The notes below the pieces were generated by a model. That model saw nothing but the letters and a program-made list of their open reading frames with translations, searched no databases and was not told the DNA's origin. Shown one piece after another: positions 43,739 through 57,747 of a stretch of 64,000 nt of DNA; the stretch's first letter is position 1, and each line of letters begins with the position of its first letter. The position numbers and the translations under genes are program-made. This DNA is from Eledone cirrhosa. Lineage: Eukaryota. The stretch is taken from assembly GCA_964016885.1 (NCBI GenBank), contig OZ024766.1, forward strand, positions 17,980,001-18,044,000. Direction: 5' to 3'.

Positions 43739-44064
43739 GCTTGTACGTCGGTAAATTCCTCTATAGAGTAGAGGCGTATTTTTTATTTTTTATTTTTGAA
43801 ATTCCACGTCACTTGGCTTATATTTGTATCATCAGCAAGCAGTTAGCAACTTGTTCAGTTCACTTCTTTCGACTCAACAAGCAACACCACACCTCACAGC
43901 TGGCGTTGATCTCCTCTCAGCTCGGGATAAATTATTTTAGAGGACATACACAGACACAAAGAAGGAATTAAACTGATTTAATAATCATTATTCTACTTTC
44001 TACATAAATATATTCTTATATATTTATTATTTGAGATTTATAACTCCTTCGTTAACTGAATTTC
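42180..44064 (+). promoter_or_regulatory. Candidate internal promoter / 5' UTR of the catchin-like transcript
   Basis: Unique, relatively CpG-rich sequence upstream of the alternative first exon; perfect GCGCATGCGC palindrome at 42439-42448; Inr-like TCAGTY at 42724 and 43855; no ATG between 43860 and 44064. Confidence 0.45.
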
Positions 44065-44778
44065 ATGGAGTCTACCGAACAGAACCACGTTCCACAACAG
44101 GAAGTTGCTACAAGTGAACAACAGCCACCACCTCCGCCTTCCGAAACACAAGTACAGGTTCCGCCAGCAGCAGCAGCAGCCCCTGCTCCAGCAGTTATTC
44201 AGGAAGCTACTCAGGCAATCCCCCCAAGGCCGGCTTCACCACCGCCTCCTCCCGTGGCATCTCCACAGGTACAACAGCCGTCACAGCCAGTTCAAAGCCA
44301 GCCTCCTTACCACCAACAACAGCAAGCAGTGACAGCACCTTCACAGGAATACCATAAAGAACAGGAATACTCCAAACAACAACACCACCACCACCAACCA
44401 CAGCCTCAGCAATATAGCACTCTCGAGCCACCGTCTTCTTCTTCCTCTTACAACCCTCACCCACACTCTCACTCGAAGACCTCTCGGGAAGGTTCCAGAT
44501 CGCGAGAATACGGTTCTTCGTCGTCTTATTCTCAGCGACCTTACACCTCTCGTCTGACGCCAAACCGTTCCATGGATTTCTCTGATATTCTCGGAAGTAT
44601 GAGTCGCGAATTTCGTGGAACAAGCCCGGCTGTCTTGGAGAACATCTCCTGCCACCCTCTGCTCTACAAGACTTACGATATGCCAGTCAATCCGAAGCTT
44701 AGCGCCCGTTCTAAAAAAATAATACGTGACGCATCCGAACTTGGTCAGTTTTCGCCCGGATTAAAAAGTCTACTTGAA
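44065..44778 (+). CDS. Alternative first coding exon of a headless myosin-rod isoform (catchin/myorod-like N-terminal domain, 238 aa)
   Basis: ATG-initiated, non-microsatellite 238-codon ORF (P/Q/S-rich, then DFSDILGSMSREFRGTSPAVLE...GLKSLLE) ending at a phase-0 donor GAA|gtatgt; the next exon (ARIEELEEE) is phase 0; position fits the bivalve catchin junction. Confidence 0.88.
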
Positions 44779-44822
44779 GTATGTTAAATTAATCAATTCC
44801 TTCTTTTATTCATTTGTATGAT

Positions 44823-45045
44823 TAGTGAAGGCGCGTGGCCGAGTGGTTAGAGAATTGGATTCGCAATCGTAAGGTTGTGAGTTCGATTCCTCGACCAGGC
44901 GATGCGTTATGTCCTTGAGCAGGACACTTTATTTCACGTTGCTCCTTCTACCTGGAGTTGTGACTCATAGATAGTATTAGCAATTGGAAAGACCAACGGA
45001 AACATTGTTCCCTCGGTCCGATTTGACGAAAGTCGATCGTTCTTC
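44823..45045 (+). mobile_element. tRNA-derived SINE; its 3' part is duplicated at 45546-45648
   Basis: A-box tggccgagtgg at 44836, B-box gttcgattcc at 44881, CORE-like segment. Confidence 0.85.
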
Positions 45046-45200
45046 TAAATATACATGTATACATATATAATTATATATACATATACGTATATAATTATAT
45101 ATACATGTATACATATATAATTATATATACATATACGTATATAATTATATATACATGTATACATATATATATATATAAATATGTATATATATAAATATGC

Positions 45201-45231
<31 letters not shown>

Positions 45232-45262
45232 TATAAATATGTATATATATATATATATATAA

Positions 45263-45303
<41 letters not shown>

Positions 45304-45442
45304 TATATACATGCATATAAATATATATATATATATATATACACATATATATACATGCATATAAATATATATATATATATACACATATATATATACATGC
45401 ATATAAATATATATATATATATATACACACATATATATATAC

Positions 45443-45497
<55 letters not shown>

Positions 45498-45931
45498 TAG
45501 TTATATATACATGCATATAAATATATATATATATATATATTATTATTCTACCTGGAGTTGCAACTGATAGATAGTACTAGCAAATGGAAAGACCAACGGA
45601 AACATTGTTCCCTCGGTCCGATTTGACGAAAAGTCGATCGTTCCTATGATTAGTTAGCTAATTACGTAGTTAAATAACTAGTTATTTCGTGATTTAGTAA
45701 TTTAGTATATTCAGTATACGATCATCATCATCATCGCCATTATTATTATCATCAGCATAATCTTTTTTAATCTTACACATTATTATTATCGTCATCAACA
45801 TCATCATCCTTTTATGCCTGATTTATATCTATATATATCTCTCTCTAGATATATATTCTATATTCTATTGTGTATATATATTTATTTATTCATATATATA
45901 TATATATAGATATACTATTGTATATATATAT

Positions 45932-45967
<36 letters not shown>

Positions 45968-45987
45968 TATTGTATATATATTATATA

Positions 45988-46028
<41 letters not shown>

Positions 46029-46070
46029 TATTGTATATATATTATATATATATATATATATACTATTGTA

Positions 46071-46105
<35 letters not shown>

Positions 46106-46113
46106 CTATTGTA

Positions 46114-46148
<35 letters not shown>

Positions 46149-46247
46149 CTATTGTATATATATTATATTATATATATATATATATATACTATTGTATATA
46201 TATTATATTATATATATATATATATATATATACTATTGTATATATAT

Positions 46248-46285
<38 letters not shown>

Positions 46286-46338
46286 TAGTACCAGTAATAC
46301 ACTGGGATAATTGCTGGCCTCGTGCCTATTGTAGAAAC

Positions 46339-46372
<34 letters not shown>

Positions 46373-47854
46373 TATTGTATATATATATATGTTCTATTGT
46401 ATATACATATATATGTGTGTATATATATATATATAAAGCCACCAGCGTCTGTCGAACGTCTGTTCCAACACCTGAACGCCTGAAAACGTCTTCTCCGCCC
46501 CATCCCAAATACCTGTTACACACCTGTTACACACCTTCACGTCTGCTAAACATCTGGCCAGATTTGTTATCAACAACAATCTATTGTCTGCACCACATCT
46601 GTTTCACACCTGCCCAGCATTCCCACCCCAATATCTGCTGCTAGACATCGTGTTTTTTGCTAAGACATTAGCTACCTACCCTCTACTATACCCAAAGATT
46701 CTCAGCCCATATGCAACATCTTCCTCTACCAAAAACCGATCCGGAACATTGTCAATATTTGATCAAATTCCATCGTTAAATTCTTGAGAAAATCTGACCA
46801 AAATCGGGCCGAAATCTGGTCGACATCTGGTTAAAATCTCGCCAAGATCTGATCAACATCTGGCTAATAATTGGACGAAATCTAACCGAGATCTTCTTCT
46901 AACACCAGGCCTACATTCTAGTTAATACATAAGGGAAACTCTTCGCTAAATTTGGCCGAAAACTTAGCTAAGATTTAGTCAAAATATGACAAACTCCTTT
47001 CCTCAAAATTGAATCCCCAAAAAGGGAAAATCTTCCGACATCTGGCCAAAATCTAGCCAGAATCTTTCCTCGATTCTTCTCCAAATTTGTGCACAAAATC
47101 TAGCCCAAAATTTTGGCAACATTTAGTTAAGATTTAGCCAAGATTTCACGAAGTCCTTTCCAAAAAATGTTGCTTACATAAAGGTCATATAATCTTTCTA
47201 TATTTGGCTTGAATCTCCTCAAAAGCTTTGCACAAAATCTAGTTAGAATTTAGACAACATTTAGTTAAGGCTCAACCAAAATTTGACATAGCTCTTCCCA
47301 CAATATTTAGCTAAGACTTAACCAAAATTTAACATATTCCTTCCCACAAAATTTAGCTAAGACTCAACCAAAATTTGACATAGCTCTTCCCACAACATTT
47401 AGCTCACATCAAGGGCATATCATTTTTCTATATCTTGCTCAAATTTAGTCAAAATATTTTCCAAAAACATTTACAATCTTCAGCACAAGATCCAACTACG
47501 ATTTAACTAAGATTTTAGACAAAATCTGAGGAAAATTTCCCTTCATTATGTAACCCAAAATAGAACATTCCTATCCAATGTTGTCCATAATAAAAAAAAT
47601 GTCCAAATTTTTCCCTAATTTCTGGCTAAAATCCAGCTGAATTGTGATGTAATGTAGCCGAAATTTAGCAAAGATTTGGTAAAAATGTTGACAAACTTTC
47701 AATATTTACCCCTATTCAAGGTCGTATGTTCTAGCAAGATCTCGCTCAAGTCTCGACCATTATTACAACGATTAACCACAATGTAATGTAACTTCCTGTT
47801 TGTTAATTTGTTAAACGACACAGACTACCCATATATTTATATATATATGCATGC

Positions 47855-47910
<56 letters not shown>

Positions 47911-47945
47911 GATATTAAACAAATGGAAACTATATTTATAAAACC

Positions 47946-48022
47946 ATATTTATTTCGTTATATATATTTCTGGGATACCATATTAAAAATATGGTATGCC
48001 TTCCTCAGACAAAATACAATAT
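47946..48022 (-). ncRNA. Hammerhead ribozyme motif, family member (10.1-11.1 mismatch, probably impaired)
   Basis: rc: tattttgt CTGAGGA aggcatacca..tggtatccca GAAA tatatata acgaaata. Confidence 0.55.
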
Positions 48023-48204
48023 ATAAGCTGTTTTATAAATAATTTTGACATACCTTAGAATAATGCAACTTCCATTTAAAAAGTTGATTTAAAAAGTTGA
48101 TTTGTTTAATATCGTAAACCTACTCCAAAAACTGTTGAGTGCTTTTATATCAGTTATAAAATATTTACTCGTTGTAACCCAACAATTTTAAATAAATCTT
48201 TTGC

Positions 48205-48235
<31 letters not shown>

Positions 48236-48512
48236 TATATATACACATATATATATATACACATATATATATATATACACATATATATATATATACACAT
48301 ATATATACGTATACACATATATATATATATACACATATATATATATATACACATATATATATATACACACATATATATATATACACACATATATATATAT
48401 ACACACATATATATATATACACATATATATATATACACATATATATATACACACATATATATATACACACATATATATATACACACATATATATATACAC
48501 ACATATATATAT

Positions 48513-48630
<118 letters not shown>

Positions 48631-48813
48631 GTCTTTGATTGAGTTGGGTCGGGCCTGGTGGAGAGTTAAACTGACATACTTGGGTTTACAATGGCGGACT
48701 TGACTTTGGAAATACTTTGACTTTTTTTATGAGTCGAACCTGGAATGTTTTTATTTATTAGTGAACAAATTACACACACACACATATATATATATATATA
48801 CATATATATATAC

Positions 48814-48894
<81 letters not shown>

Positions 48895-49011
48895 GTACTA
48901 TGTAATACAATTTATATACAACTTACAAATGTTCATATAAAATATATATATAATTTTATATAAATATACATACGTATATACATATAGATATGTATATCCA
49001 TGCTTATATGA

Positions 49012-49052
<41 letters not shown>

Positions 49053-49328
49053 CATATATATATATACTATATTTATACATATATATATATTTATACATAT
49101 ATATATATATATATTTATACATATATATATATATATATATTTATACATATATATATATACTATATTTATACATATATATATATATATACTATATTTATAC
49201 ATATATATATATATATATATTTATACATATATATATATACTATATTTATACATATATATATATATATATACTATATTAATACATATATATATATATACTA
49301 TATTAATACATATATATATACTATATTT

Positions 49329-49359
<31 letters not shown>

Positions 49360-49366
49360 CTATATT

Positions 49367-49405
<39 letters not shown>

Positions 49406-49567
49406 ACACATACAACTATATATATATTTATATATATATATATACACACATACACACATACAACTATATATATATTTATATATACACACATACACACATA
49501 CAACTATATATATATACAATTAACGTAATGGAGACATAACAAATCGTATTTTTTATTATTATATACA

Positions 49568-49601
<34 letters not shown>

Positions 49602-49658
49602 CATTTATATATACATTTTACTATACACACATTTTCTTTTCTTCTCACCTTATTCTAG

Positions 49659-49715
49659 GCTAGAATTGAGGAACTTGAAGAGGAATTAGAAGCCGAACGC
49701 CAAGCCAGAACTAAG
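49659..49715 (+). CDS. Mhc: Mhc/catchin shared rod exon (ARIEELEEELEAERQARTK)
   Basis: ctag|GCT...AAG|gtaagt; 57 nt; too short for the ORF track. Confidence 0.95.
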
Positions 49716-50089
49716 GTAAGTCTGCACCACCATCATTACCACCACCTTCCAATATTTACCATTTTATCCTTACATTTTACCCCTATTTACGAAAACCATT
49801 GATGGCTTCTGACTCCTGAAACATTTTAGTACAACTTTCATCAAAATTGTTTCCTCGTTATCGACCCTTTCATTAAATATGTCAACATTTCTTCCCCTAA
49901 TATTTACCATTTTATCCTTACACAGACCCCTATTTACGAAAACCATTGATGGCTTCTGACTCCTGAAACATTTTAGTACAACTTTCGTCCAAATTGTTTC
50001 CTCGTTATCGACCCTTTCATTAAATATGTCAACATTTCTTCCCCTAATATTTACCATTTTACCGTTTTTACCATTTCATAATCTTCTAA

Positions 50090-52795
50090 TTTACGAAAAC
50101 CCTTGATAGTATCTGGTTCCTTAAAGAATTTAATAAACCTTTCATCCAAAATACTTTCTCAAACTTTCTATAAATATATCTACACCTCTTTCAGCCAGTT
50201 TTTACCAAATACCATTAAGCAAGCCCTAGGACCCTGAATTTACGAAAACCCTTGATAGTATCTGGTTCCTTAAAGAATTTAATAAACCTTTCATCCAAAA
50301 TACTTCCTCAAACTTTCTATCAATATATCTACACCATTTTCAGCCAGTTTTTACCAAATACCATTAAGCAAGCCCTAGGACCCTGAATTTACGAAAACCC
50401 TTGATAGTATCTGGTTCCCTAAAGAATTTAATAAACCTTTCATCCAAAATACTTCCTCAAACTTTCTATAAATATATCTACACCTCTTTCAGCCAGTTTT
50501 TACCAAATACCATTAAGCAAGCCCTAGGACCCTGAATTTACGAAAACCCTTGATAGTATCTGGTTCCTTAAAGAATTTAATAAACCTTTCATCCAAAATA
50601 CTTCCTCAAACTTTCTATAAATATATCTACACCATTTTCAGCCAGTTTTTACCAAATACCATTAAGCAAGCCCTAGGACCCTGAATTTACGAAAACCCTT
50701 GATAGTATCTGGTTCCTTAAAGAATTTAATAAACCTTTCATCCAAAATACTTCCTCAAACTTTCTATCAATATATCTACACCATTTTCAGCCAGTTTTTA
50801 CCAAATACCATTAAGCAAGCCCTAGGACCCTGAATTTACGAAAACCCTTGATAGTATCTGGTTCCCTAAAGAATTTAATAAACCTTTCATCCAAAATACT
50901 TCCTCAAACTTTCTATAAATATATCTACACCATTTTCAGCCAGTTTTTACCAAATACCATTAAGCAAGCCCTAGGACCCTGAATTTACGAAAACCCTTGA
51001 TAGTATCTGGTTCCCTAAAGAATTTAATAAACCTTTCATCCAAAATACTTCCTCAAACTTTCTATAAATATATCTACACCATTTTCAGCCAGTTTTTACC
51101 AAATACCATTAAGCAAGCCCTAGGACCCTGAATTTACGAAAACCCTTGATAGTATCTGGTTCCTTAAAGAATTTAATAAACCTTTCATCCAAAATACTTC
51201 CTCAAACTTTCTATAAATATATCTACACCATTTTCAGCCAGTTTTTACCAAATACCATTAAGCAAGCCCTAGGACCCTGAATTTACGAAAACCCTTGATA
51301 GTATCTGGTTCCTTAAAGAATTTAATAAACCTTTCATCCAAAATACTTCCTCAAACTTTCTATAAATATATCTACACCATTTTCAGCCAGTTTTTACCAA
51401 ATACCATTAAGCAAGCCCTAGGACCCTGAATTTACGAAAACCCTTGATAGTATCTGGTTCCTTAAAGAATTTAATAAACCTTTCATCCAAAATACTTCCT
51501 CAAACTTTCTATCAATATATCTACACCATTTTCAGCCAGTTTTTACCAAATACCATTAAGCAAGCCCTAGGACCCTGAATTTACGAAAACCCTTGATAGT
51601 ATCTGGTTCCCTAAAGAATTTAATAAACCTTTCATCCAAAATACTTCCTCAAACTTTCTATCAATATATCTACACCATTTTCAGCCAGTTTTTACCAAAT
51701 ACCATTAAGCAAGCCCTAGGACCCTGAATTTACGAAAACCCTTGATAGTATCTGGTTCCTTAAAGAATTTAATAAACCTTTCATCCAAAATACTTCCTCA
51801 AACTTTCTATCAATATATCTACACCATTTTCAGCCAATTTTTACCAAATACCATTAAGCAAGCCCTAGGACCCTGAATTTACGAAAACCCTTGATAGTAT
51901 CTGGTTCCCTAAAGAATTTAATAAACCTTTCATCCAAAATACTTCCTCAAACTTTCTATCAATATATCTACACCATTTTCAGCCAATTTTTACCAAATAC
52001 CATTACGCAAGCCCTAGGACCCTGAATTTACGAAAACCCTTGATAGTATCTGGTTCCTTAAAGAATTTAATAAACCTTTCATCCAAAATACTTCCTCAAA
52101 CTTTCTATCAATATATCTACACCATTTTCAGCCAGTTTTTACCAAATACCATTAAGCAAGCCCTAGGACCCTGAATTTACGAAAACCCTTGATAGTATCT
52201 GGTTCCTTAAAGAATTTAATAAACCTTTCATCCAAAATACTTCCTCAAACTTTCTATAAATATATCTACACCATTTTCAGCCAATTTTTACCAAATACCA
52301 TTACGCAAGCCCTAGGACCCTGAATTTACGAAAACCCTTGATAGTATCTGGTTCCTTAAAGAATTTAATAAACCTTTCATCCAAAATACTTTCTCAAACT
52401 TTCTATAAATATATCTACACCTCTTTCAGCCAGTTTTTACCAAATACCATTAAGCAAGCCCTAGGACCCTGAATTTACGAAAACCCTTGATAGTATCTGG
52501 TTCCTTAAAGAATTTAATAAACCTTTCATCCAAAATACTTTCTCAAACTTTCTATAAATATATCTACACCTCTTTCAGCCAGTTTTTACCAAATACCATT
52601 AAGCAAGCCCTAGGACCCTGAATTTACGAAAACCCTTGATAGTATCTGGTTCCTTAAAGAATTTAATAAACCTTTCATCCAAAATACTTCCTCAAACTTT
52701 CTATCAATATATCTACACCTCTTTCAGCCAGTTTTTACCAAATACCATTAAGCAAACCATAGGACCCTGAATTTACGAAAACCCTTGATAGCGCT
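50090..52795. repeat. 149-150 bp satellite array (about 18 near-identical copies)
   Basis: tttacgaaaacccttgatagtatctggttcc...ccctaggaccctgaa unit. Confidence 0.95.
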
Positions 52796-52914
52796 TGATT
52801 CTCTAAATAATTTAACAAATCTCTCATTCAAATTATTTCCTAAAACTACACTCTCATCATAAGTAGGTTTTTACCTTTCCATAAACACTTCTACACTACC
52901 TCCATCCACATGTT

Positions 52915-53522
52915 ACCATTATACCATTAAACAAGAAACAGATTTACAGCAACCATCGATAATAGAAGATTCTCTAAAGATTTTAGTATAACTTTCACTC
53001 AAATTAATTTCTCGTCCTGCCCTCCTTTCTTTAAATAATTATAATTCTCCTGTAAAAAAACCTACGGTAATTCCACCCAATTTTTTTCGCCATTATACCA
53101 TCATACCACCATACCATGACGTAGACATCAGATTTACTGCAACCGAAGATACTATAAGATTCTCTAAAGATTTTAGTATAACTTTCACTCAAATTAATTT
53201 CTCGTCCTGCCTTCCTTTCCTTAAATAATTATAATTCTCCTGTAAAAAAACCTACGGTAATTCCACCCAATTTTTTTCACCATTTCACCATTATACCACC
53301 ATACCATGACGTAGACATCAGATTTACTGCAACCGAAGATACTATAAGATTCTCTAAAGATTTTAGTATAACTTTCACTCAAATTAATTTCTCGTCCTGC
53401 CCTCCTTTCCTTAAATAATTATAATTTTCCTGTAAAAATACCTACGGTAATTCCACCCAATTTTTTTCGCCATTATACCATCATACAATGACGTAGACAT
53501 CAGATTTACTGCAACCGAAGAT
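52915..53522. repeat. ~180 bp tandem repeat (about 3 copies)
   Basis: agattctctaaagattttagtataactttcactc recurs. Confidence 0.85.
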
Positions 53523-53642
53523 GGTATCGCCGTCACTCAGAATTTTTAGTACACATTTTATCCAAATTATTTCATTAACTCAACTCCCCCCAACACCCCG
53601 CCACCACCACCTCTCTTTCGAGTAGTAGTAGTAGTATTAGTA

Positions 53643-53679
<37 letters not shown>

Positions 53680-53747
53680 TAACTTTCTGACATTCCGAAA
53701 CACAACTGTCCATGAAGATAAAAAAAAAAGCAATATCTTATCTTATC

Positions 53748-53807
<60 letters not shown>

Positions 53808-53827
53808 AAACCTACGACTGTTATTTA

Positions 53828-53864
<37 letters not shown>

Positions 53865-54086
53865 CCACCTCTGTTAAGTTACGCCCCACCATAATTCTAT
53901 GCCAGAACCTGTTTTAAGCTACGCCCCGTCATAATTCTGTGTTAAAACCTGTATTAAGTTGCACCCCCCCCCCCCCCCCCATCGTAATTCTACGCCAGAA
54001 CCTGTGTTAAGTTACGCCCCATCGTAATTCTATGCCGGACCCTGTGTTAAGTTATGTTCCAATATGTCTATTTTTTGCAATTGCAG

Positions 54087-54173
54087 GTTGAGAAACAACG
54101 TACCGAACTAAACCGTGAACTTGAAGAATTAGGAGAACGCCTTGATGAAGCTGGTGGTGCTACAGCCGCCCAG
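54087..54173 (+). CDS. Mhc: Mhc rod exon ([29 protein letters not shown])
   Basis: gcag|GTT...CAG|gtatga; 87 nt. Confidence 0.95.
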
Positions 54174-54256
54174 GTATGATGTGGTGGCATTTATTCTGTC
54201 TCTCACACACACTCTCTCTCTCTCTCTCTCTCTCTAACACTGTCTAACTCTCTTTC

Positions 54257-54303
<47 letters not shown>

Positions 54304-54436
54304 CTCTCACACACATTGTCTCTCTGTCTCTCTTTCTCTAACACTGTCTGCCTCTCTCTCTCTCTGTCTTCCTCTCTCTAACACACACTCTCTCTCTCTC
54401 TCTCTCTCTAACACTGTCTAACTCTCTTTCACCTTC

Positions 54437-54482
<46 letters not shown>

Positions 54483-54690
54483 TCTCACACACACACACAC
54501 ATTGTCTCTGTCTCTCTTTCTCTAACACTGTCTGCCTCTCTCTCTCTCTCTCTCTGTCTTCCTCTCTCTAACACACACACTCTCTCTCTCTCTCTCTCTC
54601 TCTCTCTAACACTGTCTAACTCTCTTTCACCTTCTCTCTCTCTCTCTCGCTCTCTCTCTCTCTAACACTGTCTAACTCTCTTTCACCTTC

Positions 54691-54726
<36 letters not shown>

Positions 54727-54786
54727 ACCTACACACATACTCTGTCTCGCTAACGCTCTCTCTCTCTCTCTCTCACTTTCACCTTG

Positions 54787-54817
<31 letters not shown>

Positions 54818-54869
54818 TACACATACTCTCTGTCTCGCTAACGCTCTCTCTCACTCTCTCACTCTCTCA

Positions 54870-54932
<63 letters not shown>

Positions 54933-55130
54933 TCTCTCTTTCTCTAACACTGTCTGCCTCTCTCTCTCTCTCTGTCTTCCTCTCTCTAACACACACACAC
55001 ACTCTCTCTCTCTCTTAAATCATTATTTTCCTTGGTTTGATCTAATAACCAGCTCCTTTCCTTGAATATACAGTATACACACACACACACATATATCATC
55101 ATCATCATCATCATCATATCTATATATATC

Positions 55131-55206
<76 letters not shown>

Positions 55207-55321
55207 TACTATGTTAACCCAACAACATAAAAAAAACACCCTCCAAACCACACCATTAATTAATTAATACACCGTCTCCGTGTCTCACCTTCCCTCATCC
55301 TTCTTCTTCTCGTCTCCGCAG

Positions 55322-55488
55322 ATGGAACTCAACAAGAAACGTGAACAAGAACTCCTCCGATTGCGTCGTGATCTTGAAGAAGGAACTATGCAACACGAGG
55401 CCCAGATTTCTCAACTCCGTAAGAAGAACAACGAAGCCACCACTGAACTCTCAGACCAAATCGACCAACTCCAAAAAGTCAAGAGCCG
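55322..55488 (+). CDS. Mhc: Mhc rod exon ([20 protein letters not shown]...QKVKS)
   Basis: gcag|ATG...AGC CG|gtaagc; 167 nt, phase 0-2. Confidence 0.95.
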
Positions 55489-55646
55489 GTAAGCATCCAA
55501 TCGAATTCGCCCGCGACTCGTTACGTCTTCACGTCGCTTTCCCTCGCTCTTCTTCTTCCCTTTTCGATGATCTGGCCCTATTGTTGTGGTCGTAGTTGTT
55601 TCTGTTGTAGTTGTAAGTAGGTGTGTGAGTTTCCCGTGAGTTTATT

Positions 55647-55686
<40 letters not shown>

Positions 55687-55732
55687 CATAGTTCTATCCA
55701 GTGGTCAACTACTAAACATAAATGCGTGTGTG

Positions 55733-55781
<49 letters not shown>

Positions 55782-55835
55782 TTATCATTCTACGTCCGCT
55801 TTTCCCTGCTTGCAAGGGTGGGACATTTATATATA

Positions 55836-55878
<43 letters not shown>

Positions 55879-56476
55879 GACGTAAAATAAGAAAATTTTA
55901 CAAAGAATTTAAAAAATTAACTTACTTACTAAAATTTTCACTCCAACTAATTAGTTTCTGCAATGGGATAAAGACAGTTACGTAATATAACCGTCGAGAA
56001 TTCATTGCGTCATCAGGGAGTCTATTCTCAGCTATATATATATATATATATATACAGATGTGTAAATAGATATGTGTGTGTATCTATGTATGACAGGATG
56101 TCTGTATCTGCAGAGGTCGACTTTGCGTTGGCGTTTCATCCTTTCGCGATCGATGATGAAGAAACCTCCAGTCCAGTATGGGTGCAGTGTAGCTCTCCTT
56201 CTCCCTCGCTCTCGCTCTCTCTCTCTCTCTCTCTCTCTTGTATCTCTCTCTCTCTCACTCCCTTCTTCCAACTGTCATACTTGGATGTTCCACTGGAGCA
56301 AAGAAGGGGGATAGAGTCGGAAGATAATTTGTGTCTTCTCATAAGTGCATTGGATGCAGTTCTCTCTCTCTCCACCGATCTCTCTCGCTCTATCTCTCTC
56401 TATTTCTTTCCCCTTTTCCCTGCCCTTCTCTCCCTTCCGGCTTTGACCTCCTGGATATTCCCTTTCACCCTCTCTT

Positions 56477-56507
<31 letters not shown>

Positions 56508-56933
56508 TTCATTCTCTTAGTCCCTCTCTCTCTCCCTTTTCCCTCTTTCTCTCCCTCTGAAGTCCCCCGCCACCTAGTCTAGTCAATATAGTTGAGCTCC
56601 TGTCTGTGTTTGACCCCCCCCCCCCCGCCCCGCCACCACCACCAACATCCTTAGTATAAAGCTGGTACAAATTACCAAGACTCCATTTTAGATGACGGCT
56701 GTATGTGATTTGATTGAGAATGTAAAATACATGGATTATCTCCCTTGCCGGTTTTCTTTTCTTAAATATTTTTCTTGTTTTATTGTATTTTAATTTTGTT
56801 ACATTTTTCTGTCTCTCCCATTAATTGAACTTTGTGTATGAAACATATATATATATATATATGTATATATATACATACATGGCTGTCTATCAGCCGACCA
56901 AAAATGTATATATATACACAAATATTATATATT

Positions 56934-57032
<99 letters not shown>

Positions 57033-57140
57033 TTATTATATATATATATATATATATTAATATATTACCCACGAAGAAAACTCCTACATTTCCTGCTCTG
57101 ACTCCACTCACACTCAGGAGGTCACACTCCGCTCCAAATT

Positions 57141-57676
57141 TATTTCAGCCTTGAAACAGGAGAGATGTCACGCTCTCAGCTCGCTCCCTTTTCTCTCACA
57201 CTCACACTCACACCTTCTGCCTCAGCCCCCACTCGCGCTCTCACTCACGAGTCACACTCCACTCCACTTTTATTTCAGCCTTGAAACAGGAGAGATGTCA
57301 CGCTCCCAGCTCGCTCCCTTTTCTCTCACACTCACACTCACACCTTCTGCCTCAGACCCCACTCGCGCTCTCACTCACGAGTCACACTCCACTCCACTTT
57401 TATTTCAGCCTTGAAACAGGAGAGATGTCACGCTCCCAGCTCGCTCCCTTTTCTCTCACACTCACACTCACACCTTCTGCCTCAGCCCCCACTCGCGCTC
57501 TCACTCACGAGTCACACTCCACTCCACTTTTATTTCAGCCTTGAAACAGGAGAGATGTCACGCTCCCAGCTCGCTCCCTTTTCTCTCACACTCACATTCA
57601 CACCTTCTGCCTCAGACCCCACTCGCGCTCTCACTCACGAGTCACACTCCACTCCACTTTTATTTCAGCCTTGAAA
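57141..57676. repeat. 130 bp tandem repeat (4 copies) containing the hinge exon a acceptor
   Basis: tatttcagccttgaaa at 57141, 57271, 57401, 57531 and 57661. Confidence 0.92.
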
Positions 57677-57747
57677 AGGAAAAATCTCAACTCCGAGGCG
57701 AGGCTGATGACCTCCAAAGTCAACTTGAACATGTTGGCAAAAACAGG
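57669..57747 (+). CDS. Mhc: Mhc S2/LMM hinge mutually exclusive exon a (LEKEKSQLRGEADDLQSQLEHVGKNR)
   Basis: tcag|C CTT...AGG|gtaaat; 79 nt, phase 2-0. Confidence 0.92.

Noticed and set aside
50090-52795. Regular array superficially like CRISPR
   Set aside because: Whole units repeat with no unique spacers, and the context is a eukaryotic intron
55525-55570. Partial complementarity of the intron start to hinge exons a and b (docking-site idea)
   Set aside because: Only 11-13 bp interrupted pairings between pyrimidine-rich and purine-rich tracts, expected by chance without conservation data
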